The notes under the pieces were generated by a model. It saw nothing but the letters and a program-made list of their open reading frames with translations. It made no database searches and had not been told where the DNA came from. Shown piece after piece: positions 1-9,300 of a stretch of DNA of 48,371 nucleotides. Origin of the DNA: a virus. Lineage: Duplodnaviria; Caudoviricetes. The stretch's first letter is position 1, and each line of letters opens with the position of its first letter. The position numbers and the translations under genes were made by a program. Location: positions 1-48,371 of the IMG/VR virus record IMGVR_UViG_3300025451_000019; one strand, written 5' to 3'.

Positions 1-1
1 A

Positions 2-2833
2 AGTTGGATTCAGGAAAGATCTCTATTCATACAGCAATCTTCGGGAGATTTGTTTCACTTAGGTGGAAAAATTATAAACATTAAAACTGACATGAAGAAT
101 ATTCATGTCTTTTGCCCGCGTGTAGTGCATTATCGTGAAAACATATATGAAGTTTTTATCGATAGATCTTATATCCAAGATATTTTTGTAGGCAATCCTG
201 TCTTATCTGAAGACGGCTTAGACACCGGCGTGATCATTCCATGCCCATCGAAATACAATATTATAACGAGCGGTTCTGGGTTTGAAATCGGTTCACTTTA
301 TCATTTGCCATCCGAAAGTGGTAATGGTTCATTAGTAAAAATTACTAAAATTGATGCAAACGGCGGCATTAAGAAAATTCAAGTAATCACTTTTGGACTA
401 GACTACGAATCGGTATTTTATGCAAAACTAAGTAATAAAACGCGCCAAGCCTTTTCGTACTATACTCCTATTACTTCATTCACGCTCGGCGCTGGACACC
501 CTGCTGGACTATTTCCAACTAGTTCATATACGACTACAAATCCGTATGCGGATGGCACAACTGGTTATATTGATTTAGGTTACATAAACAAGCAAGATTA
601 CTTTGCTTATGATAGTGCGTATGTGCCAGCAGGAAATACAACCGAAAAAGTATTTTATGCAGATGGTACTTATGTAGGTGAAATCATAGGATCATTTTAC
701 ACTAATAATTCTAATGATAGCGTTATTGATAATACTCTAGCAGAAATTAGAATTGATCTAGGACCTGTTGCAGTATATCCTGGATACTATTCAAAGAGCG
801 ATGGATTTATTTCCGATGAGTCATTTATTCAAGATGGCAAATATTATCAGTTGTTCTCATATGTCATTAAAGTAGAACAGCAAATAGAATCTTATCGTGA
901 TATCATAAAGGCACTATTGCATCCTGCCGGTTTTGAAATGTTTGCCGAATATAATATCAAAAACACATATTTGGTATCGGCCAGTGCTCTTAACGCGTTC
1001 ATCCGTCGTCAATTTACAGATCAACAATACGCAACAGATGATGATGCCGCAAACGATGTTTATAAATTTCTTAGTGAACTGCAAAGTACTTATCATAGTG
1101 ATACTCAAGACATCAAAGATGTAATTAAGAGATTAGAAAATGCTAATGGAGAATTCCAAACTATATTAGAATCTAAGTATTATGATATGCTTAAGGGTTC
1201 TGCTGGCGATCCAATTGAAAATAGTCTTGCACCAGCTTATCATGATATAACTGCAGACATTAAAGACAACGTTAAAAACACAAGTGATATTACAGCTATA
1301 CCTACTGACTATGGTGCAGGCAGTAAGAAAGATGCGTTAAAAGGTTCTGCTGGCGATCCAATTGAAAATAGTCTTGCACCGGCTTATCACGTTGGCACTC
1401 AAGACATTAAGGATACTCTAAAAGGTTCTGCTAGCGATCCAGTTGAAAATAGTCTTGTGCCAACTTATCACGTTGGCACTCAAGACATTAAGGATAACAC
1501 TAAATTATCAACAGACGTGTTAATCAGTCCTACTGACTATGACACTGGTAGTAAGAAAGACAATACTAAACTTACCAGTGATACCACTGGGACTATTACA
1601 GATTATGACACTGGTAGTAAGAAAGATGCGTTAAAAGGTTCTGCTGGCGATCCAATTGAAAATAGTCTTGCACCGGCTTATCACGTTGGCACTCAAGACA
1701 TAAAAGATAGCACTAAACTTACTAGCGACACTACCGGCATACCTACTGATGCTATTGGAAATCGCGATGTAGTTGGCGCAGGTATTGCTACATATGTTAG
1801 AGATACAAATTACTCTAATTTCAACAGTCTGCCAGAGCAGTATCCATTTGTTGCTGCGACTATTACTGCAGAAGCTATTGGAAATCGTGATGCCGCTGGC
1901 AAAGGTATTGCTACATACAGTAGAGATAAGACATATGTAAACTATACTGGTGAAACAAATCCATTCGATTCTTACTTTCCAATTGGTGAAAATGGAAGCG
2001 CGAAGGACTTTACACCATCGGCAAAAACCGATGCTATTATTTCTGTCGGCGGTGATTGGTCTTGGGATGGTTCAGCATATGTCATGAACTATCCTGAAAC
2101 TAGAATTGGAGTAGGCTATATTCGTACACCGAATATAATTGGATTCCAAGCAACACTAGTCGCAGGATCTACGACAGTAACATTGACGTCTGGTACCACG
2201 TCTGGATTATATAACGGTATAGTACTATCGTTAACTTCTGGAACTGGTGTTTTTGGAACTGGTGCTAGAATTTTAGCTATCATAGACGCTACATCATTTA
2301 CGGTTACAATAAGCCATGTTACTAGTGGAAGTGTCGTGTTTAGCACAATTGGTGATACTTCACAATTAGGTGAAGCTCTTTCATCGCCAACTGATACATT
2401 CCCGGATGGATCTACTCAAGGATTGACTAAATGGTCATTCTCTGGTGCATCTTGGGATCAAACTCAGACTATCGCAGATGCAATAGGAACTCGAAATGGA
2501 GCAGGTCAAGGATCGGTAACGTATGATAGATCTATTGTACCGTTGGCAACTGATCTCACTGGAGTCATTGCCGATACATTCCCGGATGGATCTACTCAAG
2601 GATTGACTAAATGGTCATTCTCCGGTGCTAGTTGGAGTGATCTTACCGGTGTAACTATTGATTCTACTCCAACACGAGCGAATAGTCCTATATACGCCGA
2701 TAGTATAAATAATACAAATACAGGAACATTGTACTATAATGTGTACAATCAAAACGATGCTGCAGATCCTAACACTTCATATTCCTATGAAGCAGAAGTT
2801 TATTCAGTGCATGACATGAGAGCAATCTCTTAA
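2..2833 (+). CDS. gp7: Baseplate wedge subunit gp7-like (5'-truncated), with a long repeat-rich C-terminal extension
   Basis: The frame is open from base 2, so the TTG at 50 is probably not the true start. It has the motif 'YYQLFSYVIKVEQQIESYRDIIKALLHPAGFEMFAEY' typical of T4-like gp7 and lies upstream of gp8. Confidence 0.75.
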   Translation, partial: SWIQERSLFIQQSSGDLFHLGGKIINIKTDMKNIHVFCPRVVHYRENIYEVFIDRSYIQDIFVGNPVLSEDGLDTGVIIPCPSKYNIITSGSGFEIGSLYHLPSESGNGSLVKITKIDANGGIKKIQVITFGLDYESVFYAKLSNKTRQAFSYYTPITSFTLGAGHPAGLFPTSSYTTTNPYADGTTGYIDLGYINKQDYFAYDSAYVPAGNTTEKVFYADGTYVGEIIGSFYTNNSNDSVIDNTLAEIRIDLGPVAVYPGYYSKSDGFISDESFIQDGKYYQLFSYVIKVEQQIESYRDIIKALLHPAGFEMFAEYNIKNTYLVSASALNAFIRRQFTDQQYATDDDAANDVYKFLSELQSTYHSDTQDIKDVIKRLENANGEFQTILESKYYDMLKGSAGDPIENSLAPAYHDITADIKDNVKNTSDITAIPTDYGAGSKKDALKGSAGDPIENSLAPAYHVGTQDIKDTLKGSASDPVENSLVPTYHVGTQDIKDNTKLSTDVLISPTDYDTGSKKDNTKLTSDTTGTITDYDTGSKKDALKGSAGDPIENSLAPAYHVGTQDIKDSTKLTSDTTGIPTDAIGNRDVVGAGIATYVRDTNYSNFNSLPEQYPFVAATITAEAIGNRDAAGKGIATYSRDKTYVNYTGETNPFDSYFPIGENGSAKDFTPSAKTDAIISVGGDWSWDGSAYVMNYPETRIGVGYIRTPNIIGFQATLVAGSTTVTLTSGTTSGLYNGIVLSLTSGTGVFGTGARILAIIDATSFTVTISHVTSGSVVFSTIGDTSQLGEALSSPTDTFPDGSTQGLTKWSFSGASWDQTQTIADAIGTRNGAGQGSVTYDRSIVPLATDLTGVIADTFPDGSTQGLTKWSFSGASWSDLTGVTIDSTPTRANSPIYADSINNTNTGTLYYNVYNQNDAADPNTSYSYEAEVYSVHDMRAIS
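1185..1710 (+). repeat. Intragenic coding repeats in gp7 (KDALKGSAGDPIENSLAPAYHVGTQDIKD units)
   Basis: There are four copies of the KGSAxDPxENSLxPxYH unit, interleaved with PTDYxxGSKKD units. 1322-1407 and 1616-1701 are identical over 86 bp. Confidence 0.95.
2393..2633 (+). repeat. Direct repeat in gp7 (DTFPDGSTQGLTKWSFSGASW x2)
   Basis: 2393-2442 and 2573-2622 are identical over 50 bp and lie 180 bp apart. Confidence 0.95.
2704..2711 (+). promoter_or_regulatory. T4-type late promoter TATAAATA
   Basis: Perfect gp55 consensus inside the 3' end of gp7, upstream of the 2851 ORF. Confidence 0.65.
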
Positions 2834-2850
2834 TTTTAAAAAGGTATAAA

Positions 2851-3387
2851 ATGATTTTAATTCCTCAATTCCAAAATATCATCGAATGCGGTGGTACTTT
2901 GCAAATCGCTCATTTCGGTCCAGATGGTGAACTCATCGAAGAACGTATGTATTCTAATATTGTTACAACCATTGGTAAGCAGTGGATTGCAGCTCGTATG
3001 AAGACTACTGGCATTCCACTTGAAATGGCATACATGGCAGTTGGTGGTAACGCAACAGTTGGTTCAAACCCAACTAAGACTACTCCAGTTATTGCAGATC
3101 AAGCACTTTCAACCGGTGGTTCTCCAGCACTTTCAGAACTAGCTCGCGTTAGTTTGACTACTTCTGGCGGTACTGTGTCTGGTGCTGTTGTTACTTATGC
3201 TGCAACTTTTGCTGCTGGTACAGGTACAGGTTCATTGATTGAAGCTGGTATTTTCAACGTTGCTACAGGACCTGTTCAAGGTTCTGGTACAATTACGTCA
3301 GCACTACTTTGCAAGACTTCGTTCGACGTTGTTAACAAAGCTGCAAACGATTCTATCGCTATCACTTGGACTGTAACAATTCAATAA
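2851..3387 (+). CDS. Conserved virion/baseplate-associated protein
   Basis: 178 aa with SD AAGG. The pattern 'NIVTTIGKQWIAARM...MAVG...ELARV...TYAATF.AGTGTG.LIEAGIFN' is common in phage baseplate/tail regions. It lies between gp7 and gp8. Confidence 0.65.
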   Translation: MILIPQFQNIIECGGTLQIAHFGPDGELIEERMYSNIVTTIGKQWIAARMKTTGIPLEMAYMAVGGNATVGSNPTKTTPVIADQALSTGGSPALSELARVSLTTSGGTVSGAVVTYAATFAAGTGTGSLIEAGIFNVATGPVQGSGTITSALLCKTSFDVVNKAANDSIAITWTVTIQ

Positions 3388-3434
3388 TTGTTCAATCGTA
3401 TTATACTCGTGCACGATTAAAAAGAAAATAATAA

Positions 3435-6236
3435 ATGTCAACATCACTACTTAAATTCTCTCTGAAGACCAATTTAGTTAAATCGGTTATATCAGAAATC
3501 GTGTCAAACATTAGTCGTTACTACTATGTGTATGGCCATGCTGGTGCATGGGCAAATGAAACATCTCCAGACGCAGTATCAGAATCATATGAATATGAAA
3601 ATGAAACTAGAAACGAGATGCTTCTATACAAGCAGATAGATTCTAATGACATTGCTGCAGTTATTCCAAGAATTAACTGGGTTAGCGGTTACACGTTTGA
3701 TATGTTTAACGAGTATAGTAGTACTTACCCAGCATTCTCCGGAGCTACGTCTCTAGAGACTGCTGAGTTTTATTGCCTAACAGACGACTATAACGTCTAT
3801 AAATGTTTATACAATAATAATGATAGTCCTTCTTCACAAAGACCTATCGGCACAAGTACTGATTCTATGGTAATGGATGATGGTTACATATGGAAATATA
3901 TGTACACTATTCCGTTGTCAGTACGCAATAAATTTTTGACTGCAACTACTATGCCAGTAGTTACGGCACTATCAAATCAATTTTATTCAAAGGGTTCTAT
4001 TGTCGCATACAATATTGAGAATCCTGGTGCAAAATATCCAATAACATCATACAAGATTACTGGATTTAAAATCATAGATGGAGGTTCTGGTTACTCAGTA
4101 GCCCCAACAGTCACTTTATCGAATCCCGATCAAAGCGGTGGTGTAAGCGCAACAATTTTAAGCGTGACTATTTCTGGTGGACAAGTTACAGCAGTAGCGA
4201 TGAACATACAAGGCTCAGGTTATTCATACCCGCCGATTGTCACAGTTGTAGGAACAGCAACTCGTTCTGTAGTATTAGAACCAATCGTTGAAAGACTTAG
4301 TAGTGCATACACGAATTTAGTAGTAACTGGTGATGGTTACTTAGAAGAAAATCCATACCAAGTTTCAGGAATATCTATAACCAATGGAGGTTCTGGATAT
4401 TCTACCGCGCAATTCTTATTCAAATCTCCTGACCTAACTAATGGCGTTATCGCTGTTGCTAATGGAATTATCGGTGACGTAGTTTTAGCCGGTACTCTTG
4501 CAGCATCTACGACTACAACAACAGTGACTGGCGTTGGTACTAGTTTCTTAACATCGTTGTCGATCAACTCTGCCGTGAAAATAAATGGCATAGTATACAA
4601 AGTAACGGCCGTCAATAGTAACACTGTAATTACTATTGATACTGCGATTAGCGTAACTGTTGGAAAACTAATTTATAAAGCTGGCGTAGTAACCGGTGCT
4701 ATTCTAGGAGCAAGAACTGCTGCAGGATCTTTTATTTCTGGCAGTTCATATAAAGTATCTTCAATTGGTACCACTAATTTTGTTTCTATTGGTGCTACAT
4801 CTTCAGCTGTTGTAACAGGAGCAATTGCTACTACGACTCTTACTGTTACTGCTGTAACGTCCGGTTCTTTAACTGTAGGAACGTATATCACGGGCACTAA
4901 CGTTACTGCTGGAACGTATATCGCACAGTTAGGAACAGGCACTGGCGGTACTGGAACATACATTCTCAATAATAGTATGACGGCTGCGTCAACAACGATA
5001 ACTGGTCAACCTCAATTAGGATCTACATTTACTGCATCTGGTCCTGGCACTGGAACTGGAACTGCTGCGTTGGCGATATCAGTTACTGGATATGGGTATT
5101 CTAAGCCCTTTTATTCAGTTACTCAAGATTCAAATGCGAGTAACATTGTATTGTCAAATGTTACATCAATAGCGGGACAAACCGCTGCTGGTTTATCGTT
5201 CAACGTGTCAACACAGAAGAATGAAGCGCAATTGACGCCATTGATTAATTCTAATGGCGAAATTCAAGGTTTGTCAATAACAAAAGCTGGCATAGGATAC
5301 ACCTATGCATTAGTTAGCGTAGTGTCAACAGTAGATAAAGTGAACACTGTTGGATTTACCGAAGCTTCAATATTATTGAGTTTCGGTATTGGCGATATCG
5401 AATCACGTCAGTCAACGGTTGAACTAACTGCAGTAAACGGCGCTATACCAGTTATAGATTTAATATATTCTGGATATGCTTATACGTCTATTCCAATTGT
5501 TACTATTACTGGTGATGGAACTGGATGTACTGCAGTTGCTACGCTAAATTCGACTGGATCATTGGCTAATATTTTGGTGAATAGTCCTGGTATTAATTAC
5601 ACGAAAGCGACAGTTACTATCACTGGTGGCGGAGTTGCAGACGGAAGTACTAATCAAGCAATTGCTCATGCGATTATATCACCTAAAGATGGTCACGGCA
5701 AAGATGCCGTTAGTGAACTATACTCAAAAACATTAGTTCTACATGGAAATTTATCTAAAGAAAAAAATCAATCTTTTTCTTCTACAAATGATTATCGTCA
5801 GATTTCTATTATAAAAAATCCTAAAATTTATGGTAAAAATTCTAATTTAAGAACTGCATTAGCATCGTCATGTATTACAGCAATTGGTGGCATATCACAA
5901 ACTGGTGTCAGTTTAATTGTTAAAGATGACATACTAACGTACACAGATACTTCTGTTGTTCCAAACAAAGTCTATTCATTTAGAGTTATTGAAAAGAACG
6001 TGGCGTATTCATCAACTGAAGCTGCATTCTTATTATCATACTTAGATAATTTTATTCCTCCAGTTGGATCTACATTGGTTAGAACCTCGGGTACTCCTAC
6101 AGCATTCAGTACTACTAATTTGGTATATCCAGAAGTTAATAAATATTCAGGTGAAATGTTGACTATCGACAACAGAATAAGTTTTTCACCATCTACTCAA
6201 CAGATAGTAGTAGCACTTAACTCGATTACGTTCTAA
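3435..6236 (+). CDS. gp8: Baseplate wedge subunit gp8 with large internal insertions
   Basis: N-terminal gp8 motifs '[10 protein letters not shown]', '[10 protein letters not shown]' and '[11 protein letters not shown]'. C-terminal motifs '[10 protein letters not shown]', '[12 protein letters not shown]' and '[15 protein letters not shown]'. Confidence 0.88.
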   Translation: MSTSLLKFSLKTNLVKSVISEIVSNISRYYYVYGHAGAWANETSPDAVSESYEYENETRNEMLLYKQIDSNDIAAVIPRINWVSGYTFDMFNEYSSTYPAFSGATSLETAEFYCLTDDYNVYKCLYNNNDSPSSQRPIGTSTDSMVMDDGYIWKYMYTIPLSVRNKFLTATTMPVVTALSNQFYSKGSIVAYNIENPGAKYPITSYKITGFKIIDGGSGYSVAPTVTLSNPDQSGGVSATILSVTISGGQVTAVAMNIQGSGYSYPPIVTVVGTATRSVVLEPIVERLSSAYTNLVVTGDGYLEENPYQVSGISITNGGSGYSTAQFLFKSPDLTNGVIAVANGIIGDVVLAGTLAASTTTTTVTGVGTSFLTSLSINSAVKINGIVYKVTAVNSNTVITIDTAISVTVGKLIYKAGVVTGAILGARTAAGSFISGSSYKVSSIGTTNFVSIGATSSAVVTGAIATTTLTVTAVTSGSLTVGTYITGTNVTAGTYIAQLGTGTGGTGTYILNNSMTAASTTITGQPQLGSTFTASGPGTGTGTAALAISVTGYGYSKPFYSVTQDSNASNIVLSNVTSIAGQTAAGLSFNVSTQKNEAQLTPLINSNGEIQGLSITKAGIGYTYALVSVVSTVDKVNTVGFTEASILLSFGIGDIESRQSTVELTAVNGAIPVIDLIYSGYAYTSIPIVTITGDGTGCTAVATLNSTGSLANILVNSPGINYTKATVTITGGGVADGSTNQAIAHAIISPKDGHGKDAVSELYSKTLVLHGNLSKEKNQSFSSTNDYRQISIIKNPKIYGKNSNLRTALASSCITAIGGISQTGVSLIVKDDILTYTDTSVVPNKVYSFRVIEKNVAYSSTEAAFLLSYLDNFIPPVGSTLVRTSGTPTAFSTTNLVYPEVNKYSGEMLTIDNRISFSPSTQQIVVALNSITF

Positions 6237-6243
6237 GAAGTTA

Positions 6244-6251
6244 GATAAATA
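6244..6251 (+). promoter_or_regulatory. Late promoter variant GATAAATA
   Basis: Intergenic, 7/8 match to the T4 late consensus, upstream of the 6306 ORF. Confidence 0.55.
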
Positions 6252-6305
6252 TATCCATACATAGTAATTACTATGATATGTAATTAATTTGCACGAGAGA
6301 AAAAT

Positions 6306-9300
6306 ATGGCACTAGACTTTAATATTGAACCATTCTTTGACGACTATTCTGAAGATGACAAATTTTACAGAATTTTGTTCCGTCCAGGATATGCGATTCA
6401 GGCTCGTGAACTTACTCAGATGCAGACTATTCTGCAACAGCAGATTAAGCGACAAGGCGACCATTTATTTAAAAATGGTTCGATGGTTATTCCTGGCCAA
6501 ATTTCATATGACAATAACACGCCATATGTAAAACTAAAAGCCTCAATTTCTTCTAGTACTTCGGTTTCTACTTTCTCTATTCTTTCTTCTGTAATTGGAA
6601 AAACTTATCGTGGCGCAGTTTCTGGAGTAGAAGCAATTGTACTTGCTGCAACACCGCTAGAAGTTGTTAGTGGTGTCACAGAAGCGGATACTCTTTTTGT
6701 AAAATATACAAGAGGCGCAGGCAAATTTACTTATGGCGAAATCATTTCTCCAACAGACGGATCATCTGGATTAGATCTGATTGTACAAGATTCTGCAATT
6801 GATGCTCTAACTCTGGGAGTTGGTACTACTGCAACCATTGAACGCGGTATCTATTACATTAAGGATAATTTTGTATTAGTAACTGCACAAACTGCAGTGT
6901 TGTCAAAGTATAGTTCTACTCCAAGCGTTAAGGCTGGATTGCAAGTAATCGAAGACATCAAATATCCGGAAGATGATGGATACGACGTTCTATTAGATAA
7001 CGCGCTTGGATCTCCAAATTATGCGGCACCTGGCGCAGCAAGATATTATATAGATTTAGTATTAAAAGCTGTTGAGTATGATCTAGTCATAGATCCATAT
7101 GAGTTTATTCCACTACTTACATTATTGAATGGTTCCATTCAATTCATGGTAGATAAGACAGAGTATGCTCAAATTGAGAAGACTCTAGCTCGTAGAACTT
7201 ATGACGAATCCGGTGATTACACTGTTCGTCCATTTCCAATTCAAGTAAAAGAATATAGAAACAACTATAGAACTTGGGCTGCTAATACTACCTTTATTAC
7301 TGGCGATATCGTTTATCAAAATTCAACTACATATAAGTGTATTTTGAATCATACGTCTGCGACAACAGGCGCGTTTGCTATTGGTTCTAATTGGATCGAA
7401 GATACTACACCAAGATATAACTACGGGTTATATGCAGGTCCTACGTATAGCACTAGCATTTCAACTGAAATTACGCCATTGACAACTCTAATGTCACTTG
7501 CAGTAGAGCCTGGAAAAGCCTACGTAAAAGGTCATGAAGTTGAAAAAATCGCAACTCAATATTTGACTATCGATAAAGCTCGCACTATTTCAGCATATGA
7601 GCCTACTACACTTAAAACGAGTCCCGGCAACTATATCGTAGTTAACACAGTTAACTATATTCCAGATATTGCAACTGTAATTACATTCTACGATCGCGTT
7701 GGTACAGCTGGAGTATTGCCAGTTGGTGGCGTAGTAGTAGCTACTGCACGGGCTAAACAGATTCAGTTGCATTCTACTGGAAAATACAAATTATTCTTAT
7801 TTGATATTCAGGTTGTCGCTGGAAAGAACTTTAGCAGAGATGCTAAATTTGCGTATTCTGCAATTGGTGCTACAGCTCCACTTAGATTCACCGCACAAAT
7901 AGAAGCAACACTAGTCCAAGTTCCTGGAAATTTTGTAACAGCTACTTCTAGTACTACAATCAATGCAGTGAATAGTACGTTTATTAACGACTTTAAAGTC
8001 GGCGATTATATCAACGTAAGTGGAACAAATAGATTTGTTTCTACCGTTGTATCTAATAATCAATTGACTGTAGACGTAGCCGTTGCAGTATTGTCTACAG
8101 CGACAAACGTTTATCGAGTAGAAGCAACTGTAAATGATCCTACAGGTGTAGTGTCAGTATATCCTATTCCACGATATGCAACAAATTCTACTCAGAATTT
8201 AAAGTATACTTTTTATAAGAAAGCGCTATCGCAAAGCGCTAGTGTTACTATCACTGAAACTGGATATGCATTTGGCGCATCTACTGATGCTACCAATTAT
8301 ATTGTAGTTGATAGATTAACAGGGGCACACCAAACTATAACTACTGGCACTCCTACTGCTGGACAATTTAAAGTTGTGGTAAGTGGAAGTTCTGCTACGT
8401 TCACAATGACAGCTGGAACTACATACGACATTATCTATGCAATTAGAAAAGCAGTAAATGGTTCTGTGTCAAAGCAGAAAGTTCTAACTAATATCACAGA
8501 AACTGGTCTTACTCTAACTTCTGGTTCTGTGACACTTACAAAATCAGATGGATTTGAATTAATCAAAGTTGTTAACGCAAGTAGCGTAGATATCACATCT
8601 AGTTTCACATTTAACGGCGGACAGACTGAGAGCTATTGTGGACTTTCTAGTATTTCAACCACTGCGACAGTTACTGGTGCAATTTCAGTAACATATAGCT
8701 ACCTTAATCATCTTGCTGGCGGCGATTATATTGCCGTTAATTCATATACTGCGGGAAGTTCAAACGTTACATATGAAGAACTTCCATCGGTGTTTATGAA
8801 CACGATTGATTTTCGCCCTCGTAGAAACAATGATGGAACATGGGATGGCGCAGTTGTACCAAAATATGGCGAAGATACTGATGTCGAATATAACTACTAT
8901 TATGGTAGAATTGATAAACTATCAATCGACACTACTGGCACACTGATTATAACTAAAGGAATTCCAGGCGAAAGTCCAACTGAAGGAAAATCTCCAGACA
9001 ACGCAATGGATCTATATTTGTTCTATATAGAACCATATACATTCACTGCAGAATACGGCATTGCGAGTCAAAAGATTGAAAACAAGCGCTATACAATGCG
9101 AGACATTGGTAGACTAGAATCTAGAATTAAAAATCTAGAATACTACACTTCTCTTTCAATGTTAGAGCAGAATACAATTAATGCAAAATCATATGACAAA
9201 TATGGCATTGAACGTCCACAAAATGGATTCTTAGTTGACAGCTTTAATGGACAAGGTGTTGGTGATGTGTTATCAACTGATTGGAAAGCGTCAATCGATA

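Noticed and set aside
3395-3430. Minus-strand TATAAT before gp8 as an antisense promoter
   Set aside because: There is no -35 or TGTACA box at 17 nt spacing and no extended -10. It is likely chance in AT-rich intergenic DNA.
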